NCBI GenBank assembly: GCA_905478295.1
Contig: CAJQHZ010000059.1
Location: 182-64,181, forward strand
Length of the DNA: 64,000 bases
Direction of reading: 5' to 3'
DNA from: an uncultured Flavobacteriales bacterium
GTDB lineage: Bacteria; Bacteroidota; Bacteroidia; Flavobacteriales; Schleiferiaceae
The translations under genes were made by a program, and so were the position numbers. Shown in pieces: positions 29,536 to 38,030 of this stretch (the stretch's first letter is position 1; the number at the start of each line of letters is the position of its first letter). The notes beneath the pieces were generated by a model that was not told the origin of the DNA, ran no database searches, and saw only the letters and a list, made by a program, of their open reading frames with translations.

Positions 29536-31500
29536 ATGATTTTAGCAGTTAACAAAGCATCTCTATTCTTCGGTGGCCGCGCCATTTTCGATGAAGTAAG
29601 TTTTCAAATTAATCCAGGGGACCGTATCGGTCTAGTGGGACGTAATGGCGCCGGAAAATCCACCTTACTCAAACTCATTGCTGGCGATTATTCGCTCGAT
29701 GGTGGGGCGATGAGCAAAGCCAAAGAAACTCGGATTGGGTTCTTACGGCAAGATTTAAAGATGGACATGGACAAAAGCATCATGGACATCGCCCGCAGTG
29801 CATTTGACGAAATTACTCGAATCAATATTCGCATTGAGGAGATCAACACGGCCTTTGAGGTTCGTACCGATTATGAAAGCGATTCATACAGCGCCCTAAT
29901 CGACGAATTAAGTGAACTAAGTGAGCGCTTTGGCTTACTAGGTGGCGATAGCTTAGATGCCGATATTGAGTTGGTTTTGAAAGGGCTAGGCTTTGAACCA
30001 GAGGTTTTTGAAGATCCGCTCCATACTTTTTCTGGTGGCTGGCGTATGCGCGCAGAATTGGCCCGTTTACTGCTCCAAAAGCCTGATTTATTGTTGCTCG
30101 ATGAGCCCACAAACCACCTGGATATTGAAAGTATTATGTGGCTTGAGCAGCATTTGAGTGAGAGCAATCAGACACTACTTGTAGTGAGTCATGATAGAAC
30201 GTTTCTGGATCATGTGACGAACCGTACGATTGAAGTGATGATGGGGAAAATCTATGATTTTAATGCACCGTACACGCGCTATTTGACATTGCGCGCGGAT
30301 TTACGCGAGAAGCAATTAGCAACCGCTAAGAACCAAGAGCGAGAGATTAAACAAACCGAAGAATTGATAGAACGATTCAGAGCGAAGGCGAGTAAAGCCT
30401 CTTTTGCGCAGAGTTTGATTAAAAAATTGGACCGTATGGAGCGCATTGAGGTGGATCAAGAAGATTCTTCTGCCATGCATTTCAGATTTCTACCTGCCCC
30501 GCGAAGCGGTAAGGTCGTGGCTAAGGCGGAAGGTGTTGGTAAAAGCTATGACGACAAATTGGTATTAAAAGGGGTCGATTTAGAAATCGAACGCGGCGAT
30601 CGCGTCGCCTTTGTCGGGCAGAACGGTCAAGGTAAGAGTACATTGGTGAAGGCTTTATTGAAAGAGATATCTTCTGAGGGTACTTTGGAATTGGGTCACA
30701 ATGTGTTGGTCGGTTATTTTGCTCAAGATCAAGCAGACGAGCTCGACGGCAATAAAACTGCCCTGCAAACTATTGAGGATGCCTCACCCGAAGAAATGCG
30801 TAAGCATGCCCGCAGCATGCTGGGGTCGTTTATGTTTCGTGGAGAGGATGTTGAGAAAAAAGTAAAGGTGCTCAGTGGTGGTGAACGCGGTAGATTAGCG
30901 CTTTGTAAGCTGCTGCTCAAGCCTATTAACTTTTTAGTAATGGATGAGCCTACCAACCACTTAGACATGAACAGTAAAGATGTTTTAAAAAACAGTTTAC
31001 TAAGCTTTGAAGGGACACTACTGGTAGTCAGTCACGATCGTGAGTTTTTAGAAGGTCTGGTAACTAAAACGATAGAATTCCGGGACCACAAAGTAAAAAC
31101 ACTGCTCGGTGGAATCGAGTATTATCTGGAATACCGCAAAATGGAAACGATGCGCGAAGTCGAGGCAAAATCGGCTAAAGCCAAGAAACAGAAAACGAAA
31201 AAAAACGCACCAGACGATAATGGACTTTCGTATAATGATCGGAAGAAATTTGAAAAGGAATTGCGCAGTGAAACGCGTAACTTAGAAGCTATAGAACAAG
31301 CTGTTGAAGAGTTAGAAGAAGCCATAAGGGATTGGGACGTACAACTAGCCGATCCCATCGCCTGTAAAGAATTAATGGCAGATCAAGACTTTTATCCTAA
31401 ATACGAACAAAAGAAGGCTGCACTTTCAGCTAAAATGGAAGAATGGGAAGCATGCAATATCAAAAAAGAAGCTTTAGAGGAGCAATTGGGATCATCCTAA
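29536..31500 (+). CDS. ABC-F family ATPase (tandem ABC domains, no TM domain)
   Basis: 654 aa. Two Walker A motifs (GRNGAGKST, GQNGQGKST), two signature motifs (FSGGWRMR, LSGGERGR), and a charged linker and C-terminal coiled coil. Confidence 0.9.
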   Translation: MILAVNKASLFFGGRAIFDEVSFQINPGDRIGLVGRNGAGKSTLLKLIAGDYSLDGGAMSKAKETRIGFLRQDLKMDMDKSIMDIARSAFDEITRINIRIEEINTAFEVRTDYESDSYSALIDELSELSERFGLLGGDSLDADIELVLKGLGFEPEVFEDPLHTFSGGWRMRAELARLLLQKPDLLLLDEPTNHLDIESIMWLEQHLSESNQTLLVVSHDRTFLDHVTNRTIEVMMGKIYDFNAPYTRYLTLRADLREKQLATAKNQEREIKQTEELIERFRAKASKASFAQSLIKKLDRMERIEVDQEDSSAMHFRFLPAPRSGKVVAKAEGVGKSYDDKLVLKGVDLEIERGDRVAFVGQNGQGKSTLVKALLKEISSEGTLELGHNVLVGYFAQDQADELDGNKTALQTIEDASPEEMRKHARSMLGSFMFRGEDVEKKVKVLSGGERGRLALCKLLLKPINFLVMDEPTNHLDMNSKDVLKNSLLSFEGTLLVVSHDREFLEGLVTKTIEFRDHKVKTLLGGIEYYLEYRKMETMREVEAKSAKAKKQKTKKNAPDDNGLSYNDRKKFEKELRSETRNLEAIEQAVEELEEAIRDWDVQLADPIACKELMADQDFYPKYEQKKAALSAKMEEWEACNIKKEALEEQLGSS

Positions 31501-33044
31501 TTAGCAGTGTATATGGTGGTCTTTGGGCACAACCTAAATTAGTTGTGCAGGTAGTCGTAGATCAAATGCGCGCGGAGTACCTTATTCGTTTCAATGATCA
31601 ATTTGCCCGAGATGGCGGGTTTCGGATGTTGCTTGATAGCGGCTTCAACTATGCAAACACGCACTATAATTATGTTCCTACCTACACCGGTCCAGGACAT
31701 GCCAGTATTTCGACTGGAACTACACCGAAGTATCACGGCATTGTTGCAAATGATTGGCTCGACGGCAGGAATAATTACGAAATGTATTGCGCGGAAGATA
31801 CTACGGTTACTCCCGTTGGGACTGTAGAAAAAAGCAGTAGACGGTCTCCAAAAAATCTCCGTGCCTTAACCTTTAGTGATGGAATCAAGCTACATACCAA
31901 TAAACAAGGAAAAAGCTTCGGCGTAAGCGTTAAAGACCGCGGAGCCATATTTCCTGCCGGTCACTTTGCTGATGGGGCATATTGGCTCGATGGTGGCATG
32001 CATTTCGTCTCAAGTAGTTATTACAGCGATGTGCTACCCGGTTATATGGAAAAGTACAACAGCAAGGAAAAGGCGATGCTCTTGATGAAAAAGGGGTGGA
32101 AATTGGAAATGGCTTCCCGCAAATACACAAATAGCCTGGAAGATGAAAATCCTTTCGAACCTAAATACAATGAGGGAAGTTCGAGTTTCCCTTACAATCT
32201 TGAGGCTATGATCCAATTAAAAGGTCTGAGCATGTTAAAAAACACGCCTGTTGGTAATGCATTGGTTTTAGACATGGCGGAACTTATTCTTGACGAGGAA
32301 GAATTAGGTCAAGATGAATTCACCGACTTTTTAGGTGTGAGTTTCTCTTCTCCCGATTACGCCGGCCATACATGGGGGGTTCGATCGCGAGAAGTACACG
32401 ATATGTATTTAAAACTCGATGCACAGTTGGGTCAATTTATTCGTACCCTAAATAAAAAAGTGGGTGAAGGGAATTATATCATCTATCTCACAGCCGACCA
32501 CGGTGGTAGTGAAAACCCAAATCACCTTGCAGATGGCGGCTATACTGTCCGTAATTACGCGAACGCAGATGTGGTTGCGCAGCTCAATGATCGCATCGTA
32601 AATGAATTGGACGTACAGGTCAATTCAGAAAATGCGGTATCGAAAATCATCAACCACCATATTTATTTAAATGAATGGGCAAAACCCTTCACAGTAGAGA
32701 TCGCGAAAATCACCGAGCAGATGGATCCATTTATTCACGTATATACCGCAGACGAAATTCGCCGACCTGGGGCTGAGGAACTTTCCTTAAAACTTCATGA
32801 GGGCTACCAAAGTCGTTTTGGAGGTGACCTCATTTTCCAACTGCAACCGAACGCTATATTCTATGGTCCCTATGGCTCTACCCATGGTACAGGTTATACC
32901 TACGACACACATGTTCCTTTTCTTATGATGGGCTTCGGTGTTAAGGCCGGAAAATCGTTCGACAAGGTGTACATAACGGATGTAGTAGACCGTGTTGCAG
33001 AGCGCAGTAATCTGCCTTATGCGCCCAATAGTTTATTACAATAA
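31443..33044 (+). CDS. PafA-like alkaline phosphatase / nucleotide pyrophosphatase family protein
   Basis: 533 aa. Signal peptide ...AIGIILISSVYGGLWAQ, then KLVVQVVVDQMRAEYLIRF...YVPTYTGPGHASISTG. The start (31443 or 31452) lies inside the 3' end of the ABC-F gene. Confidence 0.8.
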   Translation: MGSMQYQKRSFRGAIGIILISSVYGGLWAQPKLVVQVVVDQMRAEYLIRFNDQFARDGGFRMLLDSGFNYANTHYNYVPTYTGPGHASISTGTTPKYHGIVANDWLDGRNNYEMYCAEDTTVTPVGTVEKSSRRSPKNLRALTFSDGIKLHTNKQGKSFGVSVKDRGAIFPAGHFADGAYWLDGGMHFVSSSYYSDVLPGYMEKYNSKEKAMLLMKKGWKLEMASRKYTNSLEDENPFEPKYNEGSSSFPYNLEAMIQLKGLSMLKNTPVGNALVLDMAELILDEEELGQDEFTDFLGVSFSSPDYAGHTWGVRSREVHDMYLKLDAQLGQFIRTLNKKVGEGNYIIYLTADHGGSENPNHLADGGYTVRNYANADVVAQLNDRIVNELDVQVNSENAVSKIINHHIYLNEWAKPFTVEIAKITEQMDPFIHVYTADEIRRPGAEELSLKLHEGYQSRFGGDLIFQLQPNAIFYGPYGSTHGTGYTYDTHVPFLMMGFGVKAGKSFDKVYITDVVDRVAERSNLPYAPNSLLQ

Positions 33045-33108
33045 TAACCTAGAGTTGGGGTAAACGTGGTTTTTTTGCTAATTTGAAGTAACAAAACACA
33101 AAACCACA

Positions 33109-33339
33109 ATGAAAAAACTACTACTCCTGGCCAGTTTCGGCCTTATGCTCGCATCATGTGGCAATGCTTTCTGCGATTGTGATCTTTATGAAGACGATTA
33201 CACCTGGGACGGCTTCGAATACCAACTAAACAGCTCTGCACTGACCGTTGAAGACACTTGCTTGGATGCTGGAATCGTAGATTCTATCACATCAGGTGCC
33301 GGCGCTTACCTCAAAGTATTGCGCGTAGAGTGTCCTTAA
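33109..33339 (+). CDS. Small Cys-containing lipoprotein, function unknown
   Basis: 76 aa. Lipobox LMLASCG, four further Cys residues, and a strong terminator immediately downstream. Confidence 0.5.
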   Translation: MKKLLLLASFGLMLASCGNAFCDCDLYEDDYTWDGFEYQLNSSALTVEDTCLDAGIVDSITSGAGAYLKVLRVECP

Positions 33340-33357
33340 AAACGGCAATATTCTTAC

Positions 33358-33390
33358 AAAAAAAGGCGGCCCGCAAAGGCCGCCTTTTTT
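33358..33390. terminator. Bidirectional intrinsic terminator between convergent genes
   Basis: 7-bp GC stem GGCGGCC/GGCCGCC, flanked by a 7-nt A-run (33358-33364) and TTTTTT. Confidence 0.75.
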
Positions 33391-33397
33391 ATACCGT

Positions 33398-33706
33398 CTA
33401 GTTTTTCCACCCAGACAAGATTCGAATAATCAACGAAATACAATAAATCAGTAACCCGTAGATCGAAGTTATACTACTGACCTTTAGTCCACCGGCTAAT
33501 ATCGATTGACTCACACCGCCTGCGGCCTCTATTGCTTCAAATGCTCCTAAAAGGCCGATGAGTTGACCTAGAAATCCAAATGCTATTGCAGCCAGGCCAA
33601 ACTCCTTGAGTATAGGCTTTCGTTGAAGGGCAGCGTAAACGACACCGATCAAAAGAATTGTAAGGATGGACATAAATAACGGTCCTCCCATCATAAAATA
33701 ATTCAT
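33398..33706 (-). CDS. Minimal three-TM MotA/TolQ/ExbB-like membrane protein
   Basis: 102 aa with three predicted TM helices. ...FLGQLIGLLGAFEAIEAAGGVSQSILAGGLKVSSITSIYGLLI... aligns by eye with the channel-forming C-terminal half of ExbB/TolQ (G.FGTV.G....F......APGI.EAL..TA.GL). Confidence 0.55.
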   Translation of the reverse strand: MNYFMMGGPLFMSILTILLIGVVYAALQRKPILKEFGLAAIAFGFLGQLIGLLGAFEAIEAAGGVSQSILAGGLKVSSITSIYGLLIYCISLIIRILSGWKN

Positions 33707-33737
33707 AACGTTTACGTTTTACAATTAACGTAAAACT

Positions 33738-33766
33738 AAAAAAAGCCCGTTGCTTTCACAACGGGC
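33738..33766 (-). terminator. Intrinsic terminator between the OmpA-like gene and the MotA-like gene
   Basis: 8-bp stem GCCCGTTG/CAACGGGC, followed on the minus-strand RNA by UUUUUUU. Confidence 0.7.
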
Positions 33767-33789
33767 TTTTATAAAACTATAAATCTGGT

Positions 33790-34614
33790 TTATTTCAAAC
33801 CTTCTTCAATCATCTTATTGAATTCATCCAACTTAGGAAGAACTACGATACGAGTACGACGGTTCGCAGCGCGACCCTCACGTGTATCGTTCGAAGCAAC
33901 CGGAATATACTCACCACGACCCGCAGCAGTCATACGCTCTGCAGCAATACCGTGTTCTGATTGTAGTACGCGAACAATGTTTGTTGCACGGCGAACTGAA
34001 AGCTCCCAGTTATCTTTCACACAATCTGTAGCAATTGGATCCGTATCTGTGTGACCTTCTACTAAGATTTCTAAGCCTGGCTTAGCGTTCATGATTTTAG
34101 CAACCTTGCCCAGGACGTTTTTCGCATCTTTACTTACGTAATCTGAACCTGGACGGAACATCAACTTATCACTTAAGTTAACGTATACGACGCCTTTCTC
34201 AACACTGATTTGAACATCATCATCGTTCATGTCGCCTAATACACCTTTCAATGAAGTAACCAAGGCAAACGTCACACTGTCTTTACGATTCATCGCATCT
34301 TGAAGACGTGTGATAGACGTTTCCTTCTCGTTGATACTTTCAAGGGTCTTCTCCATGTTCTGAGCGTTTGTAGCACTCATCGCAGTAAGATCTCCTACTT
34401 GCTTCATCAAACTTGCAGACTGTGCACGCAGTGTTGCCAATTCTTTAGCCTGAGCTTCCTTAGCTGCAGTAGCTGCTGCCAATTCCATTTTTGTGTTGCT
34501 TAATTTGTCCGCAGTAGTGTTCTGCAACGTCTCTAGCTCCACGTATTTTTGCTTGCTCACACAGCTTGTCAAAGACAAAGCGGCTGCCAAAGCCAATACA
34601 AATACCTTTTTCAT
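33790..34614 (-). CDS. OmpA/MotB-domain lipoprotein with an N-terminal coiled coil
   Basis: Start taken at the internal MKKVFVLALAAALSLTSC lipobox (the ORF opens at 34677). C-terminal OmpA-like domain: ...LVEGHTDTDPI...NWELSVRRATNIVRVL...AAGRGEY.P......GRAANRRTRIVV. Confidence 0.85.
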   Translation of the reverse strand: MKKVFVLALAAALSLTSCVSKQKYVELETLQNTTADKLSNTKMELAAATAAKEAQAKELATLRAQSASLMKQVGDLTAMSATNAQNMEKTLESINEKETSITRLQDAMNRKDSVTFALVTSLKGVLGDMNDDDVQISVEKGVVYVNLSDKLMFRPGSDYVSKDAKNVLGKVAKIMNAKPGLEILVEGHTDTDPIATDCVKDNWELSVRRATNIVRVLQSEHGIAAERMTAAGRGEYIPVASNDTREGRAANRRTRIVVLPKLDEFNKMIEEGLK

Positions 34615-34636
34615 TTTATCTCTTTTGATTTCTAAG

Positions 34637-34644
34637 CAAAAATA
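34637..34644 (-). promoter_or_regulatory. Bacteroidota -7 promoter box (TAnnTTTG) upstream of the OmpA-like gene
   Basis: Exact TATTTTTG on the minus strand, 22 nt upstream of the ATG at 34614. This supports the shorter start. Confidence 0.35.
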
Positions 34645-34716
34645 AGAACTTATGTGAGCAAACAAGGTGTAAAACACGGGAATTCATTAAGTTCTCACCA
34701 CTAAAATCTAAAAAAG

Positions 34717-34960
34717 ATAAAAAAAACACTCTTGACCGCAGTGTTGGCGGTCATTTCAGTAGTTGCTTTTGCACAATAAAAACCACAAAACACTGAAAAA
34801 CACGCATGTACTGAAACCTGCGATCACGTTAAAGCCGGAGCCAAATCAGAGATGAAAGCCTGCTACAGTGCAGCGAAAGGTGAAGGTGAAGAATATGGCC
34901 ATTGTACATCAGAAAAGTCAGTAGCAGCAATGGTTTCTGCGAAAAAAGCATGTTGCTCTT
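34717..34960 (+). pseudogene. Disrupted (or recoded) gene for a small secreted Cys/His-rich peptide
   Basis: A single frame reads (ATA)KKTLLTAVLAVISVVAFAQ-TAA-KPQNTEKHACTETCDHVKAGAKSEMKACYSAAKGEGEEYGHCTSEKSVAAMVSAKKACCS-stop. The signal peptide is intact but has ATA where ATG is expected. An in-frame TAA lies at 34777-34779. A strong terminator follows. Confidence 0.35.
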
Positions 34961-35010
34961 AAAAGAAATCAGGATGCGCGGATAGCGGAAAAGAATAGGC
35001 CAATAACCGA

Positions 35011-35052
35011 AAAATAGAAAAGCCCGCGGCTCGATGAGCCGCGGGCTTTTTT
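35011..35052. terminator. Bidirectional intrinsic terminator
   Basis: 11-bp stem GCCCGCGGCTC/GAGCCGCGGGC with a 3-nt loop. TTTTTT follows on the plus strand and UUUUCUAUUUU on the minus strand. Confidence 0.8.
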
Positions 35053-35059
35053 ATTATCC

Positions 35060-36325
35060 TTATTTCACCTTGCCAGCGAGGTAGTCGTCGATAAACGTTC
35101 GTAAAGTAGTCTCTACGTCCAGGTTTTTCGCAATAATGGTCTTGTCTGCTCCCAGCACTAACTTTTTGGGTGTGGTCGGTATGTAGTAGTACCATAGAAA
35201 ATTGGGTCGATCAAAGTCCGATTCAAACCCGTTGATCCAATCCAAATCATTTTCTGCAATATATTTTTTCCAATTCGTGAATTCGTTCTCTAATGTCAAT
35301 GCCACTATTTCAACTCCCTTATCCTTGTATTCATCGTAGAATTCTTTAAGTCTCGGGGTTTCTTTTTTACAATGTCCACATGTACTGTCCCAGAAATAAA
35401 GAATAGTAATTGGGCTCTGTACTTCCGAAAGTTTCAAACGCCCTTTATTCTCTGTGTCAAATGCAAAGTCTCGCGCCTTATTACCCACTAATTCTGTTGA
35501 CAGCCCGTCTGACTTTTCTTTGATCTTCGCAAGATTTTCTTTGCTCACCCAGTCCGCATATCCAGTGTTATAAAAAGTCTGAGCCAACCAGACAAAAATC
35601 TTATCCTCTCCCATATAATTGGAGGTCTCGTAGTGATACGTGGCGCTACTGATGAACACTTTTCTGATCTGCTCATCCATAGGGCTATTTAATAGCTTAT
35701 TGAGATGCTTTATTACGGAATCCGGATTATGCCCCAATACTTGTTCGAAGTATACCTTCTTGTTCTTCTCGAAGAAAGGGTTGATCAGCGTACTCTTGGA
35801 ATACAAATTTGTATAATCCCAAAAATGCGAACGGAGCCAATAGACATTAGTATCTGGATTAATCGGATAGATTTGTGGCAATAGGAAATCCTTCAAGGCG
35901 GCATCCTTGATTCCCAAAAGATAACGCTCTATTGATGTTTGCTCTGGCTTAGTGCTTAATAGCGACTTAAAACCATTAAACTCCTCAATGCCTGGACCTA
36001 TCAAAGACACCTTTGATAGGTCGTTATAATCTGCTTCAATGGTTAAATTACCGCTCGAAATTACCAAATCAAAGGTATGTTCACCATCTATATAAAGGAT
36101 AAATATTCCACGTTCCGCTTGCTCCCAAGCTGCTTCAAAACATCCATTCTTGACGGAAATCTCCTGCTTTACTGCGAGGCCTTTACCCTTTAAATAGGCT
36201 ACTTTAACATTTGACAGCGTATCCGGGGCATTTGTAATGCATCCGCTAATGATGGGATTCGTTTGGCCAAACAAAATTGAGGTCATTAAAAATCCAGCTA
36301 CTAAAAAAAGTTTACTCATGTTCAT
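35060..36325 (-). CDS. TlpA/thioredoxin-like disulfide reductase family protein with a long N-terminal domain
   Basis: 421 aa with a signal peptide. C-terminal thioredoxin fold with the CGHC active site (FWDSTCGHCKKETPRL). Confidence 0.8.
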   Translation of the reverse strand: MNMSKLFLVAGFLMTSILFGQTNPIISGCITNAPDTLSNVKVAYLKGKGLAVKQEISVKNGCFEAAWEQAERGIFILYIDGEHTFDLVISSGNLTIEADYNDLSKVSLIGPGIEEFNGFKSLLSTKPEQTSIERYLLGIKDAALKDFLLPQIYPINPDTNVYWLRSHFWDYTNLYSKSTLINPFFEKNKKVYFEQVLGHNPDSVIKHLNKLLNSPMDEQIRKVFISSATYHYETSNYMGEDKIFVWLAQTFYNTGYADWVSKENLAKIKEKSDGLSTELVGNKARDFAFDTENKGRLKLSEVQSPITILYFWDSTCGHCKKETPRLKEFYDEYKDKGVEIVALTLENEFTNWKKYIAENDLDWINGFESDFDRPNFLWYYYIPTTPKKLVLGADKTIIAKNLDVETTLRTFIDDYLAGKVK

Positions 36326-36363
36326 TAGGTAGGTTTATCAATTCATGCTAAAGTAACGAGAGA

Positions 36364-37272
36364 TTAAAGAGACTCCAACGACGTACTCAACTTTTCATGC
36401 ACGCCCTCGAACCAGCGGATTAATTGGGCTGTAAGATTCGATTGTGATCGATTCACCAAAACCCGTCCATCGACCTCCACAATAGGTGTCAGCTCACCCA
36501 TAGATCCGGTTCCAAAGGCTTCATCCGCTGCATAAAGTTCCGTTAATGAGATATTCCGCTCCTCCACCGCCATACCATTAGCTTGAGCCAATTCTATCAC
36601 TAATCCGCGTGTTATTCCATGAAGACAAGCATCGGCAGTTGGTGTGAGCAACGTCCCGTTTTTCACCATAAAAATATTAGTGCCGTTCATCTCAGAAATA
36701 AATCCAAGGTTGTCCAGCATTAATGCAGAATCCACGCCGGCGTGGTTGGCTTGAATTTTAGCGAGGATATTATTTATCAGGTTGTTGTGGTGAATCTTGG
36801 AATCAACATGCATGGGGCTGTTGCGACGAATGGCACTCGTCATGATTCTTATGCCTTTTTCATTATCGTACACAGGAGGTTTCCATTCTGCCAAGACTAT
36901 CAATGTCGGGCCACTTTGGTTTAATCTAGGGTCCATTCCCGAGGTGATTTTCTCCCCTCTAGTCAGTGTCAATCGAATGTGCGTGTCTTTCGTCATTCCA
37001 TTAGCCTCTAGCGTCGCCTTGATGGCCGATTTTATACTGGCCCGCGTTGGAATGGACTCAAAAGCCATGGCCCGAGCAGAATCCTCTAATCGGTCCAAAT
37101 GCCGCTCCAAACAGAAAACCCCGTTTTCGTAGACGCGCATTCCTTCCCAAACGGCATCTCCACCTTGAACGGAGCTGTCAAAAACGGAAACCTTAGCATC
37201 TGCACGTTCCACTAACCTGTGGCCTACCCATACCTTTAGGTTTTTATTTCTAGGGTCAAATTGCTGTAGCAT
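36364..37272 (-). CDS. Class IV (branched-chain / D-amino-acid) aminotransferase
   Basis: 302 aa. ...VWEGMRVY...RHLDRL..S......T.G......L........I.R.......K..NY..N..A......G.D.A..L...G...E....N.F.V.....TP and ...FGTGSMGELTPIVEVDGR fit the fold-type IV pattern. Confidence 0.85.
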   Translation of the reverse strand: MLQQFDPRNKNLKVWVGHRLVERADAKVSVFDSSVQGGDAVWEGMRVYENGVFCLERHLDRLEDSARAMAFESIPTRASIKSAIKATLEANGMTKDTHIRLTLTRGEKITSGMDPRLNQSGPTLIVLAEWKPPVYDNEKGIRIMTSAIRRNSPMHVDSKIHHNNLINNILAKIQANHAGVDSALMLDNLGFISEMNGTNIFMVKNGTLLTPTADACLHGITRGLVIELAQANGMAVEERNISLTELYAADEAFGTGSMGELTPIVEVDGRVLVNRSQSNLTAQLIRWFEGVHEKLSTSLESL

Positions 37273-37274
37273 GT

Positions 37275-38000
37275 CTAAAATTTAAATCGATTTGAAAATA
37301 AGGAAAGGTAGGCTGGTAATGCTGCTTCAACGACATTTTCATGTGCGGAATTCAAAGGCTCTGGCAGCTGCTTTGGCTGACCGAAGCCTGTGCTTTTATG
37401 TACGTTGCCGTACCAATGCTTCGCCCAGGGTCCATCGTACGATTTGGCACCCGCCGGCCAACGCAACATTTCCGGTCGCCAGACCAATTCAAGCGCTTCG
37501 CAAATTCTAGGCAAGGTGCGTACTGGATCCGCAAGCATTTCGTCTGAATCAACAATGATTTTTGCGCCCGGTAACCGCGACACCTGCTGCCATTGCTGCC
37601 ATTCTTGATCTAAACCTATGTCCTCGGCTGTTACATTAGGAATAACCTTCGCAAAACTTTGGACGACTTTACGAGGATGTCGAATCCAAAAAATGAAAGC
37701 GTGCTGCTCGGCCCATTCCCAAGGCTCGTCTACCATGTGGTGGGCCATGTTCTTGAGATATACCTCGCCGCTTTTTTGAGATAATTTTCGAACTACATTG
37801 CCTACGCTCACCGCATCTTTGGGCCACTTATCTAAAATTTCTAATCGTCCAGGATGGTTTAACCCCTTTTTTTGAAGGTACTTCCCATACATAGGCTCAT
37901 CAAATACCGCACATCCTGGACGTTGTGCGAAACTATACATCACAGCCGTGCTAATGTTTCTAGGACCTGAAATGGCATGAATGATTTGCGCCATGAGCAT
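37275..38000 (-). CDS. Sulfotransferase-like P-loop protein (tentative)
   Basis: 241 aa. N-terminal ISGPRNISTA resembles a PAPS 5'-phosphosulfate-binding loop, and ...FWIRHPRKVVQSF resembles the second sulfotransferase motif. Lies 2 nt upstream of the aminotransferase gene. Assignment is by motif memory only. Confidence 0.4.
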   Translation of the reverse strand: MLMAQIIHAISGPRNISTAVMYSFAQRPGCAVFDEPMYGKYLQKKGLNHPGRLEILDKWPKDAVSVGNVVRKLSQKSGEVYLKNMAHHMVDEPWEWAEQHAFIFWIRHPRKVVQSFAKVIPNVTAEDIGLDQEWQQWQQVSRLPGAKIIVDSDEMLADPVRTLPRICEALELVWRPEMLRWPAGAKSYDGPWAKHWYGNVHKSTGFGQPKQLPEPLNSAHENVVEAALPAYLSLFSNRFKF

Positions 38001-38030
38001 AGAGAGGGTTTAGTTTAGGATAAGCAGCTC

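Noticed and set aside
31443-31500. 49-58 nt overlap between the ABC-F gene 3' end and the PafA-like phosphatase start, considered as a possible frameshift or fusion
   Set aside because: The frames differ and both products are complete with normal termini: a coiled-coil end for ABC-F and a signal peptide for the phosphatase. This is an ordinary overlapping start rather than a recoding event.
34959-35195. 78-aa minus-strand ORF
   Set aside because: It overlaps the 3' end of the TlpA-like gene in another frame and runs through the strong bidirectional terminator. It is not credible as a gene.
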